From the NCBI GenBank assembly GCA_965198235.1, contig OZ240248.1, positions 3,744,001-3,808,000 on the forward strand: a stretch of DNA of 64,000 nt, read 5' to 3'. Positions 21,577 through 31,572 of this stretch are shown in pieces. Within the stretch, counting starts at the first letter, position 1; the number at the start of each line of letters is the position of its first letter. The notes below the pieces were generated by a model that ran no database searches, was not told the origin of the DNA, and saw only the letters and a program-made list of their open reading frames with translations. The stretch is from Candidatus Poribacteria bacterium (GTDB taxonomy: Bacteria > Poribacteria > WGA-4E > WGA-3G). Position numbers and translations under genes: made by a program.

Positions 21577-21851
21577 TCCAAAGCTTTTTTTTGGATGTCT
21601 AATGCCACGGTTAATCTCCCAACAAGCTGCTCAAGATGGGCGATACGCTTCTCGGAAACCTCACTCGACTGCTTATCAGTAGAGTCAAACAGCGTCGACG
21701 CATTTTCAAGCAACTGTCGCTTCCACTGTGAGAGTTGATTTTCGTTGAGATTATGTCGTCGACACACTTCTGCTTGGGAAGTCGCACCGCTGAGGACTTC
21801 AAGAACAACTTCAGCTTTAAACTCAGGCGTGAATTTTCTTCGTTTCGCCAT
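21564..21851 (-). CDS. IS3 transposase OrfA (HTH)
   Basis: MAKRRKFTPEFKAEVV...LSQWKRQ; A8G slippery run near its 3' end. Confidence 0.92.
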   Translation of the reverse strand: MAKRRKFTPEFKAEVVLEVLSGATSQAEVCRRHNLNENQLSQWKRQLLENASTLFDSTDKQSSEVSEKRIAHLEQLVGRLTVALDIQKKALDWLK

Positions 21852-22413
21852 CGGATAACTCCTTTCTAATGAGATTGTATTGTAGCACAATCTTCCTTTA
21901 GGGAGTGGTCTAAAAAACCGTAGGCAGTACACCCGCTGCGCAAACGGCGGATTTCGCTATGGAGATTGAGTTCAAGATTACAAAGGACGGTAAATTCTCG
22001 GTTAAGCAGGCGAGACCGTGGGTGCGATGAGTTTATTGTCTTCAACCAATGTAGGTGCGGAGCAAGTTTGAATATTAAATATGCACACTACACGTTGATG
22101 GCGGTCGGGGAAACCCCGCTCCTACGAGTTCGACGCTTGACAGAGAATCGAAAGATTATTTCTTAATATTACTGGTTTCATGAAGTTTAAATAAATATTT
22201 CGGTAATTCCATAACCATATCGGGTGCGGTTAGGAATGCAGATCGCAAATGTAAAGCAAAGACAAATTTTGCCGCGTGTGGGCAAAATTTGGGCGAGTAC
22301 GCCGCAAAACCGCACCTACCGGGCCTGGGGGAATAAATATTACCGAATTAAATTCTTAATTTTCATCCAACCGCACCGGACCTCTTCTTTTTCTGATCTA
22401 ACACATTTGTTGA

Positions 22414-24654
22414 TTACGGATTCCACCAGTACGTCATTTTCCCGACAACCGTCCAGCCGAGGAGTTTGACCCCGCCATCACGAGTGTCGTAACTCTGATC
22501 GAAGACAAGGTAGAAATCGCTGCCGGGACGGTAGATATAGTTGACTAAAAAGTTAGCGGAGAACACGTCCCTGTCGGTGCTCCATTGTGTGAACAATTTC
22601 GTGAAAAGTGTCGTTGAGAAGGAGTAGCCGATACGTCCGCCGAAAGCATTGGCATCGAATTCTTCATCAGGCAGGGTAATACGGTTAAATTCAATAAACG
22701 GTTCGATACTAAGCCTCGCAGTCGGTCTGGCGATCGCATCTATTAAGAAACCACGTCTCGTGCCGTTATAAAACTCGCCGAATTCCACTTGCAGTTGTGC
22801 AGCAATCATACGACTGCTGCTGGTCCGAATCGAGGTCTGGAACGAAGTAAAATTGTAATCGTCAACTGGGATGCTTACCCCTTGAATCCGAAAATTATGA
22901 TCGAGATTTTCTGTCATGTTCTTGATTTGGAACCTGATGTCATCCCCTGTTTCAAACTCAAATTGCGTATCAAAAGTTATCTCTTGGGTTTCCAATTCGT
23001 TCTCTTGTGTCAGAACGAGATCGATCTCCGGACCAATCTGAATCTCACGGATACCAAATTTGTCTGGCCATGGCGTGTAGCTGGCATCACCGCGAAAGCG
23101 CCGGACATCCCTACGTTGAATGTAACCGACTTCCGGATTAAAGTCCTCGCCAATGTCTGTATATGAACCGTCGAGTCGAAACAGATTCGTCCGCCAATCA
23201 CCACCAATAAAGAAGGCGTTGCTATTTCCAGAGATATCCGCTTCAAAGGTGCGAGACCACAATCCTTGGACATTAATTTCTCTCGTTGGTCGGTACGAAA
23301 AATCAAGTCCCATCGTCCGGTTGTAGGCATCGATATCTTGCTTATTAATGACAATTCCTCCAACAGTCGATCCTTTTAGGATGTCTCGGTTCACCCGCAC
23401 CACTGAATAGTTCGTCCGTGGCTCATCGACGGGGGGTTGACCTATCTGAAATTCGTCATCTTTAAACTTGTTCGTCAACACATTCAGAATCCCTATACCG
23501 TAAGGTCCGATTTTCCCGGTCATTTTGCCACCACCGAGAATCGGAATTGCGTGCCCTTTTGCGAGTCCGATGCGACGGCTATAAAAGAGCAGTAAAGGTG
23601 GTGGTCTACGGAAACTCGGACGTGGAATCCCGACATCGAAAATACTGGCACCTTCTAAGAAAAACGGACGCTGCTCCGGGAAAAAGAGACTGAAACGGGT
23701 CAGGTTTACCTGCTCTTGGTCTGCCTCCACCTGCGCGAAATCGGTGTTAACAGTCAAATCGGCAGTCAGGTTTGAAGTTACGCCGTATTTGAGGTCCAAG
23801 CCGGCTTCGAACACACTTTCAGTTTCTTTTGTTGACGATACGTAACTCGCACCCGGTAATACATAAGGTAGCAATTCCAGATGTCTTGATGGAGTAATAC
23901 CCTCTAATCCTTCGAGTGTGCCAAAATAGGCAGTCCGATACTTCGCCAACCCTCCGTACGTCTTGGGCGCCTCGTTCCATGCATCAATTTCCTGCTTTCG
24001 TGCGATTTCGCGTCCGAAATTTACGCCCCAGTTCATCACCTCGCTTTGTTCAAAACGGAGCTGGCTAAACGGAATTGCGATTTCCGCTGTCCAATGGTCT
24101 TCGTTAATTCTACAACGGCACTCCCAAACAATATCCCAGCTTTGGTTGAGGCTACCACCGCTGTTAGATACCGCCGTGTCTTCTATCCCGCCGACGGGGG
24201 TGAATCGAAAGAAGACAGCGTTTCGCCGGTCGTTGTAGGTATCCAAGAGTAGAAAGCCGTAGTCGTTGGAACGCAAACCTGGAGAGTCCCGACGCATGTC
24301 GTTAGCGACAATCTTGTCCATCTCTGAATCGAAAAAAATGAAACCGAAGTACAGCTTTTTGTCATCATAAAGAATGCGTACTTCGGACTCTTCTGTCGCC
24401 GGTTCACCTTGGTCTGGCTGGATTTGGTATAATTGACGGATCGGCTCTACGCTTTGCCAAACGGCTTCGTCAAGCACCCCATCGACTTTGATTTCCTCAG
24501 AAGTCCGGTGTGCTGACATACGTGGTAGCTCCCGTTCGGTCTGCGCATCGGCACCGTGTGGAACAAATAGCATGCACATCCACAGTAGGAGGAAAAATTT
24601 GGTCTTTCGTATATGTCGGTTAAATTGAAAGTCAGTAGTGGAATGTTGCATCAT
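22414..24654 (-). CDS. CBM9-like plus DUF5916 outer-membrane protein
   Basis: IKVDGVLDEAVW, WTAEIAIPFSQLRF, NTDFAQVEAD, NLTRFSLFFPEQRPFFLEG; RBS before ATG 24654. Confidence 0.85.
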   Translation of the reverse strand: MMQHSTTDFQFNRHIRKTKFFLLLWMCMLFVPHGADAQTERELPRMSAHRTSEEIKVDGVLDEAVWQSVEPIRQLYQIQPDQGEPATEESEVRILYDDKKLYFGFIFFDSEMDKIVANDMRRDSPGLRSNDYGFLLLDTYNDRRNAVFFRFTPVGGIEDTAVSNSGGSLNQSWDIVWECRCRINEDHWTAEIAIPFSQLRFEQSEVMNWGVNFGREIARKQEIDAWNEAPKTYGGLAKYRTAYFGTLEGLEGITPSRHLELLPYVLPGASYVSSTKETESVFEAGLDLKYGVTSNLTADLTVNTDFAQVEADQEQVNLTRFSLFFPEQRPFFLEGASIFDVGIPRPSFRRPPPLLLFYSRRIGLAKGHAIPILGGGKMTGKIGPYGIGILNVLTNKFKDDEFQIGQPPVDEPRTNYSVVRVNRDILKGSTVGGIVINKQDIDAYNRTMGLDFSYRPTREINVQGLWSRTFEADISGNSNAFFIGGDWRTNLFRLDGSYTDIGEDFNPEVGYIQRRDVRRFRGDASYTPWPDKFGIREIQIGPEIDLVLTQENELETQEITFDTQFEFETGDDIRFQIKNMTENLDHNFRIQGVSIPVDDYNFTSFQTSIRTSSSRMIAAQLQVEFGEFYNGTRRGFLIDAIARPTARLSIEPFIEFNRITLPDEEFDANAFGGRIGYSFSTTLFTKLFTQWSTDRDVFSANFLVNYIYRPGSDFYLVFDQSYDTRDGGVKLLGWTVVGKMTYWWNP

Positions 24655-24732
24655 AGGTGAGTGCCTCCTTTTTAGCAAGTGCTGTGTAAAAGGCGGGGTT
24701 ATAAACCCCACCGTCAGTTTCTTCCTTCTACA

Positions 24733-25287
24733 TTAGCGATGATAGATGCTAACCTCCATCCCATCACGTCTACCGGGTCGCCTCCGACTCTCAAACCAGT
24801 GTGTTTCGGAGTCGTAGTGTGAACGGACATGCTCCAGATACTCAGCCATTTGCTCCGCTCTGCCGACGTTGTCAGCGACAATAGTCGCTGGATTGGTTAG
24901 ACGCGATTCAATCGCTTGGAAACAGGAGAAGTAACCCTCTTTGTTGTTATCAAGGAACAGGAAATCTACCGGTTCTTGAATGGTTTTGAGGACTTCTGCA
25001 GCATCCCCAATCCGTGAATCGACAAGATCCGCCACACCTGCCTGTTCAAAATTGTGGCACGCCCGTTGTGCATTGTCAAGGTTTATTTCCACCGTTATCA
25101 AACGTCCCGCACCTAAAGTTTTCAGCACGCGTAACATCCACAACCCAGAATAACCGATAGCAGTTCCGCACTCCATGATTAGCGACGGTTTCGCTTTTTC
25201 AACACAACTTGCGGGCAGCCGCGCTTTATCGGGTCCCAACATCGGAATTCGTTCTTCCCGACATTGGATCGTCCGTGGTCGTTTCAC
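24733..25287 (-). CDS. O-methyltransferase family protein (5' end possibly eroded)
   Basis: ECGTAIGYSGLW SAM motif, DFLFLD, IVADNV. Confidence 0.75.
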   Translation of the reverse strand: MKRPRTIQCREERIPMLGPDKARLPASCVEKAKPSLIMECGTAIGYSGLWMLRVLKTLGAGRLITVEINLDNAQRACHNFEQAGVADLVDSRIGDAAEVLKTIQEPVDFLFLDNNKEGYFSCFQAIESRLTNPATIVADNVGRAEQMAEYLEHVRSHYDSETHWFESRRRPGRRDGMEVSIYHR

Positions 25288-25301
25288 CGATCCATCGGAA
25301 A

Positions 25302-25904
25302 TTAAAGTGGGAATTTCTCATTGATCAGCATAAGCGGTTCCTGATTTGCTAACACCCAATAGGCGCGACTGATAAACTTTTCACCTTCAAGATGTGCGAC
25401 AGCGGACGGTAGATCGGTTAGGACCTCGATACCGCACCAGAGCAACTCACGTCGAGTCTCTAAACCACTGCACCGCAGAAGCCCACCGAGTCCTTGTTTG
25501 TCGGATTCCAAACCGTTCAAAATAGATTCTGGCAGACGTTGAGGCACAATGAGTGAGTCTGCGTAAGTATGAATTATAGGTGATGATTCTTCCTGTGAAT
25601 GGGTTTGGAGTACCACTTGCCGTGAGATAATCTCTGCTCCCGCAGGCAGTTGAAGCCATGTATGTTCAGTAGATAGTGTCTGTTTTGCTTGCTGTAGTAA
25701 GGTTACCTCTACCGGCATGAGCGTGTACGCTTCGATGAACCGCGTAACCGTCCCATCGGCGACGAGTAACCCACGTTGGAATGGCGTGAGGCGTGCGAGG
25801 TTAATTTTTCTTAATGTGTCAGGTTTATCGTCTTGTGCGACAAAGAGTGATTTCATCCGTGTGTTGACGAAAGTTCCTGATTGTGAGATTGTGTCTGCTT
25901 TCAT
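25302..25904 (-). CDS. Chorismate pyruvate-lyase-like (DUF98/UbiC fold) protein
   Basis: LLVADGTVTRFIEAY, GLGGLLR...LETRRE, PLMLINEKFP. Confidence 0.75.
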   Translation of the reverse strand: MKADTISQSGTFVNTRMKSLFVAQDDKPDTLRKINLARLTPFQRGLLVADGTVTRFIEAYTLMPVEVTLLQQAKQTLSTEHTWLQLPAGAEIISRQVVLQTHSQEESSPIIHTYADSLIVPQRLPESILNGLESDKQGLGGLLRCSGLETRRELLWCGIEVLTDLPSAVAHLEGEKFISRAYWVLANQEPLMLINEKFPL

Positions 25905-26021
25905 AATGGAAGTTCTCTTTTTTTGTGGAGGAAGCACGTTCACTCAAAGGTGGCATGCAATGTTTAGGTTTGTTGCTCAATTTAGACACGTAAGTCTGAA
26001 AAAAGGTTCGTGAATATGCAT

Positions 26022-26050
26022 TTGACATACCAATCGTAATGGCATATACT
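26022..26050 (+). promoter_or_regulatory. Sigma70-type promoter
   Basis: TTGACA-N17-TATACT upstream of the 26076 gene. Confidence 0.6.
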
Positions 26051-26075
26051 ATCGGCAAAACTATATCTCAGCAAG

Positions 26076-26957
26076 GTGAACGTTATGACTCCTGGTGATG
26101 TTTACGTCCGATCTATATCTCTTTTCTTAATCAGTGCCTCTTTACTCTTCAGCGGTTTCACGGCAATCGCAGGAGAACTTCCGTTATCCCTTGGCAAACA
26201 TCTCTTCACGCAAGGCAACTACGATGCTGCCATCACCGAATATAAACGTTTCCTCTTCTTCCATCCAGATGATGCGCGTGTTGGCGAGGTATATCACAAC
26301 ATCGGACTCGCCTACAGAGCACAGGGGCTGTGGACAGAAGCAGTCACCTCCTTGCGGGCGGCTACACATCTTGCTACAGATGACGAAGCAAAATCGGAAT
26401 ACCAACTGGAACTCGCCGTGACGCTGATCGCCGCGCAGGACTACGACCTCGCCCGATTGGAATTAATTAAAGTGACGATGCGAGCCCCTTCCGCGCAGTT
26501 GGACCGACGCGCACTTTTCTTGCAAGCCGTTGCACATATCTATCAGTTTCGATGGGAGGATGCCCGCGAGACCCTGCGAAACTATACTACCGATGAAAGA
26601 CTGGATATGCTCTTTGATGCCGCTACTGATATATCGCTGAAATCTGCCAAGCTTGCGAGGGTGTTATCTACAATCTTTCCTGGGGCGGGACAAATCTATG
26701 CAGGCGATTGGAGAGGTGGGTTAAATGCGATTGCCCTGAACGGTGCCCTCGGTTTTCTCACCGTTGATGCAGCGTTAGATGGACATTATGTAGACGCGGC
26801 GTTGTTCGGAGGGTTGATTTTCTGGCGTTACTACCGAGGTAACACCTTTCGTGCCGGACAAGCGGCTGAGCAATTCAACCAGCAGGAATCTCGCAGAGCC
26901 GCCGATGCAATCTTGCAGCGACTCCAAGAAATTGTTGGTACACCTTTAAAGCCCTAG
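26076..26957 (+). CDS. Exported TPR protein, paralogue of 11181-12065
   Basis: YDAAITEYKRFLFFHP and LSTIFPGAGQIY motifs shared with 11181. Confidence 0.8.
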   Translation: MNVMTPGDVYVRSISLFLISASLLFSGFTAIAGELPLSLGKHLFTQGNYDAAITEYKRFLFFHPDDARVGEVYHNIGLAYRAQGLWTEAVTSLRAATHLATDDEAKSEYQLELAVTLIAAQDYDLARLELIKVTMRAPSAQLDRRALFLQAVAHIYQFRWEDARETLRNYTTDERLDMLFDAATDISLKSAKLARVLSTIFPGAGQIYAGDWRGGLNAIALNGALGFLTVDAALDGHYVDAALFGGLIFWRYYRGNTFRAGQAAEQFNQQESRRAADAILQRLQEIVGTPLKP

Positions 26958-27141
26958 CAGGACGATAGGTCTATAGTGGTTTCTCCTTGTTCCGCAGGTT
27001 TCCTAAGATCATGGTCCCTCTCGGTCAAGAAACCTGCCCCAGAAAAATAAGCCGAAGCATTTAGCACGTAATGTAATGGAGTGCGGATATACGGAAAGGA
27101 ACATGAATGTTCCAACCCACCTGACCGAACCGCAAGGAAAA

Positions 27142-29046
27142 TTAAAAATACGATTCTGAGCGTTTCTGAAGGGTGTACACAACCGCAACGAGTGCTATTG
27201 CTATGACGAATGTCCAGATATTATAGACGTATGCCAGGAACGCCGCAAGCGCAAGCAATATCCACTCATACCAGTGCATCTTACGGACGAAAAAGCCCAT
27301 TGTTACAATGGAGAAGATAACTGTGCCGACGACAGCCGATACCACAGATAGTGCGTAGGAAAAGAAAGTGCCTCCTGTGAACAGGATGTGGGTATACGCA
27401 AACAGCAGCGGCATGATATAGAGAAGTTTGGAAAACTTGAAGCATGCCCACCCTGTTTTCCATGGGTCGGCACGGGCGATAGCTGCAGCTGCGTAAGCTC
27501 CCAAGGCGACCGGCGGCGTGATGTTCGAGTCTTGACTCAGCCAGAAGATAATGAGATGTGCCGCAATAATCGGTATGCCCATCTCAGGAGTTGTCAGGAT
27601 CGGCACAGCGAGTTCAGAGGTAATCAGATAGGCGGCGGTCACAGGAATTCCCATACCCAGAACTAAAGATGCCGCCGCGAGAAGCATAATTGCGATAACT
27701 CGGCTATCATCCGCAATTGACAACACTAAATCCGGGAATATCCTTCCTAAGCCAGTCAGATCTATGATGGCGACGATGATACCGATAGTGCCAACAGCAC
27801 CGCCAATAGCGAGCGAATTCTTGGCACCGGTCACCATCGCTTCCCAGATACGTTTCGGTGTGAGTCGTGTCTCTTGTTGGAAATAACTCACCGCGATTGT
27901 GACGAGAATCGAGAAAAATGCCGCCTTGTAAGCGGTGTATCCAGCGATTAAGATACCGACAAGCGTAAGCAACGGCAGTAAGTAATACCAACCACTTTTA
28001 AGGAGGGGTAAAAGTTTCGGAATTTCTGCGTCTGGTATCCGTTCTATTCCGTGCTTTTTCGCTTCAAAATGCACCATCACCCCGACGGATAGGAAGTAGA
28101 GGATCGCTGGCACGATGGATAAGAGCGCAATTTTACTGTACGGTAAACCTGTCCGTTCTGCCATCAGAAACGCCCCTGCCCCCATCACGGGTGGTAGAAA
28201 TTGCCCGCCTACGGAGGCGGAAGCCTCGACTGCCCCAGCGATGTGCGGACGAAAACCCGTCCGTTTCATCAACGGTATGGTGAACGTTCCGGTAGCGACT
28301 GTGTTTGCAATTGCACTTCCCGCGACAGAGCCAAAAAAACCAGAGGTCATAACTGAAACTTTCGCCGCTCCGCCAGTTGAACGTCCTGCTATCGACATCG
28401 GTAGGTTGATAAAGAATTGACCGACCCCCGATTTTTCCAGAAAAGCTCCGAAGAAGATAAAGAGAATCACGTACGTCGCCATCACGTTTGCCATGATGCC
28501 GAAGACCCCGGCTTGACTGAAAAAACAGTATTCGATAATCCTGCGAAGCGTAAGCCCACGGTGTGAGATGATATCCGGCAAAGAGCGACCGAAAAGGGCA
28601 TATAGGATACCGATCACAGCAATGATGGGCAGTGCCCAACCGACTGTCCGACGGCTCACTTCAAAACTAATCAGAATCGCGACCGCGCCTACGAAAATAT
28701 CGAGTTGACTGTAATTGCCTGCCCGATTGGCGAGATTCGGGTACTCTACAATCCAGTAGCCGATGGTGAAGATGCTGAGGACAATCATGCCCAGGTCTAT
28801 GAATGATGGACGGGAGGCTGCGGAGTTCTTCCGACATCGGTAAAAGATGCCGATCAGTGCGAAGGTCAGCAGGAGATAGAAACCGAGATGGAATTGCTCA
28901 CTGGCGCTCCCAAACCCCGCGCTGTAGATATAAAAGAGGACGAGGGCAGCTGCACTGAGTTCAAAAATCCATTTATATACTTTTTCTAATTCAGTCCGTT
29001 GTGTGGTTTCAAAGCCAGCAACTTCTTTTGTTTCAGTCTGTGTCAT
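27142..29046 (-). CDS. TRAP transporter fused permease (4TM/12TM, TAXI-type)
   Basis: GSAIANTVATGTFTIPLMKRTG, GGQFLPPVMGAGAF, ITPPVALGAYAAA. Confidence 0.92.
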   Translation of the reverse strand: MTQTETKEVAGFETTQRTELEKVYKWIFELSAAALVLFYIYSAGFGSASEQFHLGFYLLLTFALIGIFYRCRKNSAASRPSFIDLGMIVLSIFTIGYWIVEYPNLANRAGNYSQLDIFVGAVAILISFEVSRRTVGWALPIIAVIGILYALFGRSLPDIISHRGLTLRRIIEYCFFSQAGVFGIMANVMATYVILFIFFGAFLEKSGVGQFFINLPMSIAGRSTGGAAKVSVMTSGFFGSVAGSAIANTVATGTFTIPLMKRTGFRPHIAGAVEASASVGGQFLPPVMGAGAFLMAERTGLPYSKIALLSIVPAILYFLSVGVMVHFEAKKHGIERIPDAEIPKLLPLLKSGWYYLLPLLTLVGILIAGYTAYKAAFFSILVTIAVSYFQQETRLTPKRIWEAMVTGAKNSLAIGGAVGTIGIIVAIIDLTGLGRIFPDLVLSIADDSRVIAIMLLAAASLVLGMGIPVTAAYLITSELAVPILTTPEMGIPIIAAHLIIFWLSQDSNITPPVALGAYAAAAIARADPWKTGWACFKFSKLLYIMPLLFAYTHILFTGGTFFSYALSVVSAVVGTVIFSIVTMGFFVRKMHWYEWILLALAAFLAYVYNIWTFVIAIALVAVVYTLQKRSESYF

Positions 29047-29293
29047 TTTTCCTCCGCTGTGAGTAATCCCTTTAATAATTCTACATCAAATTGGCGCAGA
29101 AGGCAAACAGTTTTCAACGTATACTTTACATCCGTTGGTTTGTGGTAGGACAATTTATTGCCGTTACACCTTTAGAATGTGCGATGAATCGCACGACTAC
29201 GAACACATTCGCTCATTGAACGTGGTGCTTGCCAAGAAAAGGCAGTTGTGATAGAATAGCGGTACGTCAACTGACTCAGGGAGGAGATACGAA

Positions 29294-30346
29294 ATGGCAA
29301 TAGGATTGGGCGTTATTGGGATGAACCCCACGAATATGGGGTCAACTGCGACACTGTTAAAAGATGTACCGGACCTGAAATATGAACTCCGTGGTATCTG
29401 CGCGAAACGGGCAGATGTGCTTAAGAACTACGCCAGCCAAATCGGCGTGGATTTTTGGACGACAGATTACCGAGAATTGGTGCAGCGCGAAGATATTTCT
29501 GTCATCGCTATCTATTCCCCGGACCACCTGCACGCCGAACATTGCGTCGCGGCGATAGAAGCTGGGAAACATGTCATTTGCACAAAACCGATGGTGACGA
29601 CATTAGCCGATGCGCAACAGTTGGTAGATCTGGTGCGCGAACACAAGGTCAAATTCCTCGTGGGGCAGACGATGCGGTTTGACCTCCAGTTTTTGACGAT
29701 GAAACGGCTCTTTGACGATAGCGATTTAGGCGACATCATGGTGGCAGATGCCTATTATGTCCACGACATGCGCGAGGTTTACGATTTTACACCGTGGCGA
29801 CTCCATGAGCCACAAGATTTGATGTTCGGCGGTGTTGTACACCCGGTTGACATATTGCGCTGTCTTCTCGGTGATGTCGATGAGGTACATGCCTACGGCA
29901 CTAAAGGCACACTCACGCCGGAATACCCGATAAAGAACAATTTCTTTCTCAATCTGAAGTTTAAGAGTGGACAGATTGCGAGAGCGATGGGGCTTTACGA
30001 TATCGTCCATCCCCCGATGCCGATGATGCAGCTCTCTGTTTTCGGAAGTAAAGGGACGATAATTGGGGACTTTACGGACAACAAAGAAGGACACATCAAG
30101 TTGATGCTCGATAAAATGTCCACCAGAGAACCCTTTGAAGTGACCTGTCCTCCTGAAATAGACACAAGCGTTTACGGACATGGACAAACGGTTATCCGAT
30201 ATATGCGCCATTTTCAGCAGTGTCTTGAGGAAGATTTAGAACCATCGCCGAACGTGATTGATGGTGCAAAGTCTATTGCTGTCGGTGTGGCAGCATGGGA
30301 ATCTATTGAGACGGGACAACCTGTGAAAGTATTCAACGAGTTTTAA
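29294..30346 (+). CDS. Gfo/Idh/MocA oxidoreductase
   Basis: SPDHLHAE, AGKHVICTKPM, HPVD. Confidence 0.88.
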   Translation: MAIGLGVIGMNPTNMGSTATLLKDVPDLKYELRGICAKRADVLKNYASQIGVDFWTTDYRELVQREDISVIAIYSPDHLHAEHCVAAIEAGKHVICTKPMVTTLADAQQLVDLVREHKVKFLVGQTMRFDLQFLTMKRLFDDSDLGDIMVADAYYVHDMREVYDFTPWRLHEPQDLMFGGVVHPVDILRCLLGDVDEVHAYGTKGTLTPEYPIKNNFFLNLKFKSGQIARAMGLYDIVHPPMPMMQLSVFGSKGTIIGDFTDNKEGHIKLMLDKMSTREPFEVTCPPEIDTSVYGHGQTVIRYMRHFQQCLEEDLEPSPNVIDGAKSIAVGVAAWESIETGQPVKVFNEF

Positions 30347-30579
30347 CAATGTCCCCCTTATAGGCGCGGTTTTCTAATTTTGCTTGCGCGTTGTCAAAGT
30401 GTTCTGGTAAAAGTGTTTTTTCGTCGTGTCCGCAGTCAACTGCTTCGCAGTGAGAATGACGGCTACGATTTTTGGCCAAAGTTTGTAGTCCCACGCAACG
30501 CGCCGGGACGGCTCAACGGAGAGGGATTCGACAATTCCAACCCACCGCGCCGAACCGCAAGGAACATTAAAAAGTTTTC

Positions 30580-30626
30580 TTGACATTTTGTTTTGTATAA
30601 CATATAATTTAGGTATGCCTAAATTA
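30580..30626 (+). promoter_or_regulatory. Consensus sigma70 promoter with overlapping DtxR-type operator (copy 1)
   Basis: TTGACA-N17-TATAAT; palindrome TAATTTAGGTATGCCTAAATTA at 30605-30626 resembles the DtxR box TTAGGTTAGCCTAA. Confidence 0.85.
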
Positions 30627-30736
30627 ATTTCTCAACGTTTCTAACAATTTTGGCATATAGTGCCTAAAACTGAATGGGTATAACGCCCATACATTTACTT
30701 ACCGCGCCGAACCGCAAGGAACATTAAAAAGTTTTC

Positions 30737-30783
30737 TTGACATTTTGTTTTGTATAACATATAATTTAGGTATGCCTAAATTA
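30737..30783 (+). promoter_or_regulatory. Consensus sigma70 promoter with DtxR-type operator (copy 2)
   Basis: Identical to copy 1, 157 bp downstream. Confidence 0.85.
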
Positions 30784-30912
30784 ATTTCTCAACGTTTCTA
30801 ACAATTTTGGCACATAGTGCCTAAAACTGAATGGGTGTAACGCCCATACATTTACTTACCGCAGTGGGAAACTAAGCGCATTGTCTGTTCCCATTGCGGA
30901 TTGGAAAAAACA

Positions 30913-31572
30913 ATGCTTACACATGCAGCTGAGGATTACCTTAAGTCGATCTATAAATTGCAAGAGAAAGTCGGTAAAGTTTCGACCGGCATTTTGGCGG
31001 AATACCTCAATGTGAAGCCTGCGTCTGCCACTGGGATGATTAAAAAACTAAAGACGATGAAATTGGTGAGCCACGAGCGCTATCGGGGTGTTACGCTGAC
31101 GGATGCTGGAAAAGCAATCGCGCTCGAAATTATCCGGCACCATCGTTTGTTGGAACTTTATCTATTCAAGGCACTCGGTGTTCCGTGGGATGGTGTTCAC
31201 GAGGAAGCCGAGAAATTGGAGCATGTTATTTCGGAAGACGTGGAGGCACGGATGGACAAGTTTCTCGGCTACCCGACTGCCGATCCACACGGTTCCCCTA
31301 TACCCGATAAAAACGGCGTTGTAACAAAAACTGAGTCCGTTCCAATGACAGACTTGTGTAGTGGACAATCCTGCATTGTTGCTGAAGTCAGTGACACTGA
31401 TTCGGCGATGCTTCGGCATTTAGGAAGTTTCAATCTCTACCCGGGCACAGCGTTCCGAGTGATTGAGGTTGCTCCCTTTGAAGGTCCCTATACTATTGAC
31501 ATCGCTGGACAGCAGGTCGTTATTGGGCGTGAGGTTGCGAAACATATTTTTGTCGAGGATGTGGAGGAATAG
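30913..31572 (+). CDS. DtxR/MntR-family metal-dependent repressor with FeoA-like domain
   Basis: EDYLKSIY, RHHRLLELYL, HEEAEKLEH, DPHGSPIP. Confidence 0.93.
   Translation: MLTHAAEDYLKSIYKLQEKVGKVSTGILAEYLNVKPASATGMIKKLKTMKLVSHERYRGVTLTDAGKAIALEIIRHHRLLELYLFKALGVPWDGVHEEAEKLEHVISEDVEARMDKFLGYPTADPHGSPIPDKNGVVTKTESVPMTDLCSGQSCIVAEVSDTDSAMLRHLGSFNLYPGTAFRVIEVAPFEGPYTIDIAGQQVVIGREVAKHIFVEDVEE

Larger units (their letters stand above)
20689..21931 (-). mobile_element. IS3-family insertion sequence, 1243 bp
   Basis: TG...CA ends; imperfect IRs TGAAGTGCATACGCTTATTTAGACCAC / TGTACTGCCTACGGTTTTTTAGACCAC; 3-bp target duplication CCC at 20686-20688 and 21932-21934. Confidence 0.95.
18640..22030 (+). 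pseudogene. Exported PEP/pyruvate-binding (ATP-grasp) plus His-swivel domain protein, interrupted by an IS3 element
   Basis: TPLSHVNLRA swivel motif, GVKTANL, RCRSSTNNEDLPGFSGAGLYDS; frame resumes after the IS at 21935 as AAQTADFAMEIEFKITKDGKFSVKQARPWVR*. Confidence 0.88.
30544..30857 (+). repeat. Tandem duplication of a 157-bp promoter/operator unit
   Basis: 30544-30700 versus 30701-30857, two substitutions seen. Confidence 0.95.

Noticed and set aside
21852-21932. N-terminal extension of IS3 OrfA
   Set aside because: It covers the inverted repeat and promoter; the RBS (AAGGAG) precedes the ATG at 21851
30544-30862. Direct repeat considered as a CRISPR array
   Set aside because: Only two contiguous 157-bp units, no unique spacers and no cas genes
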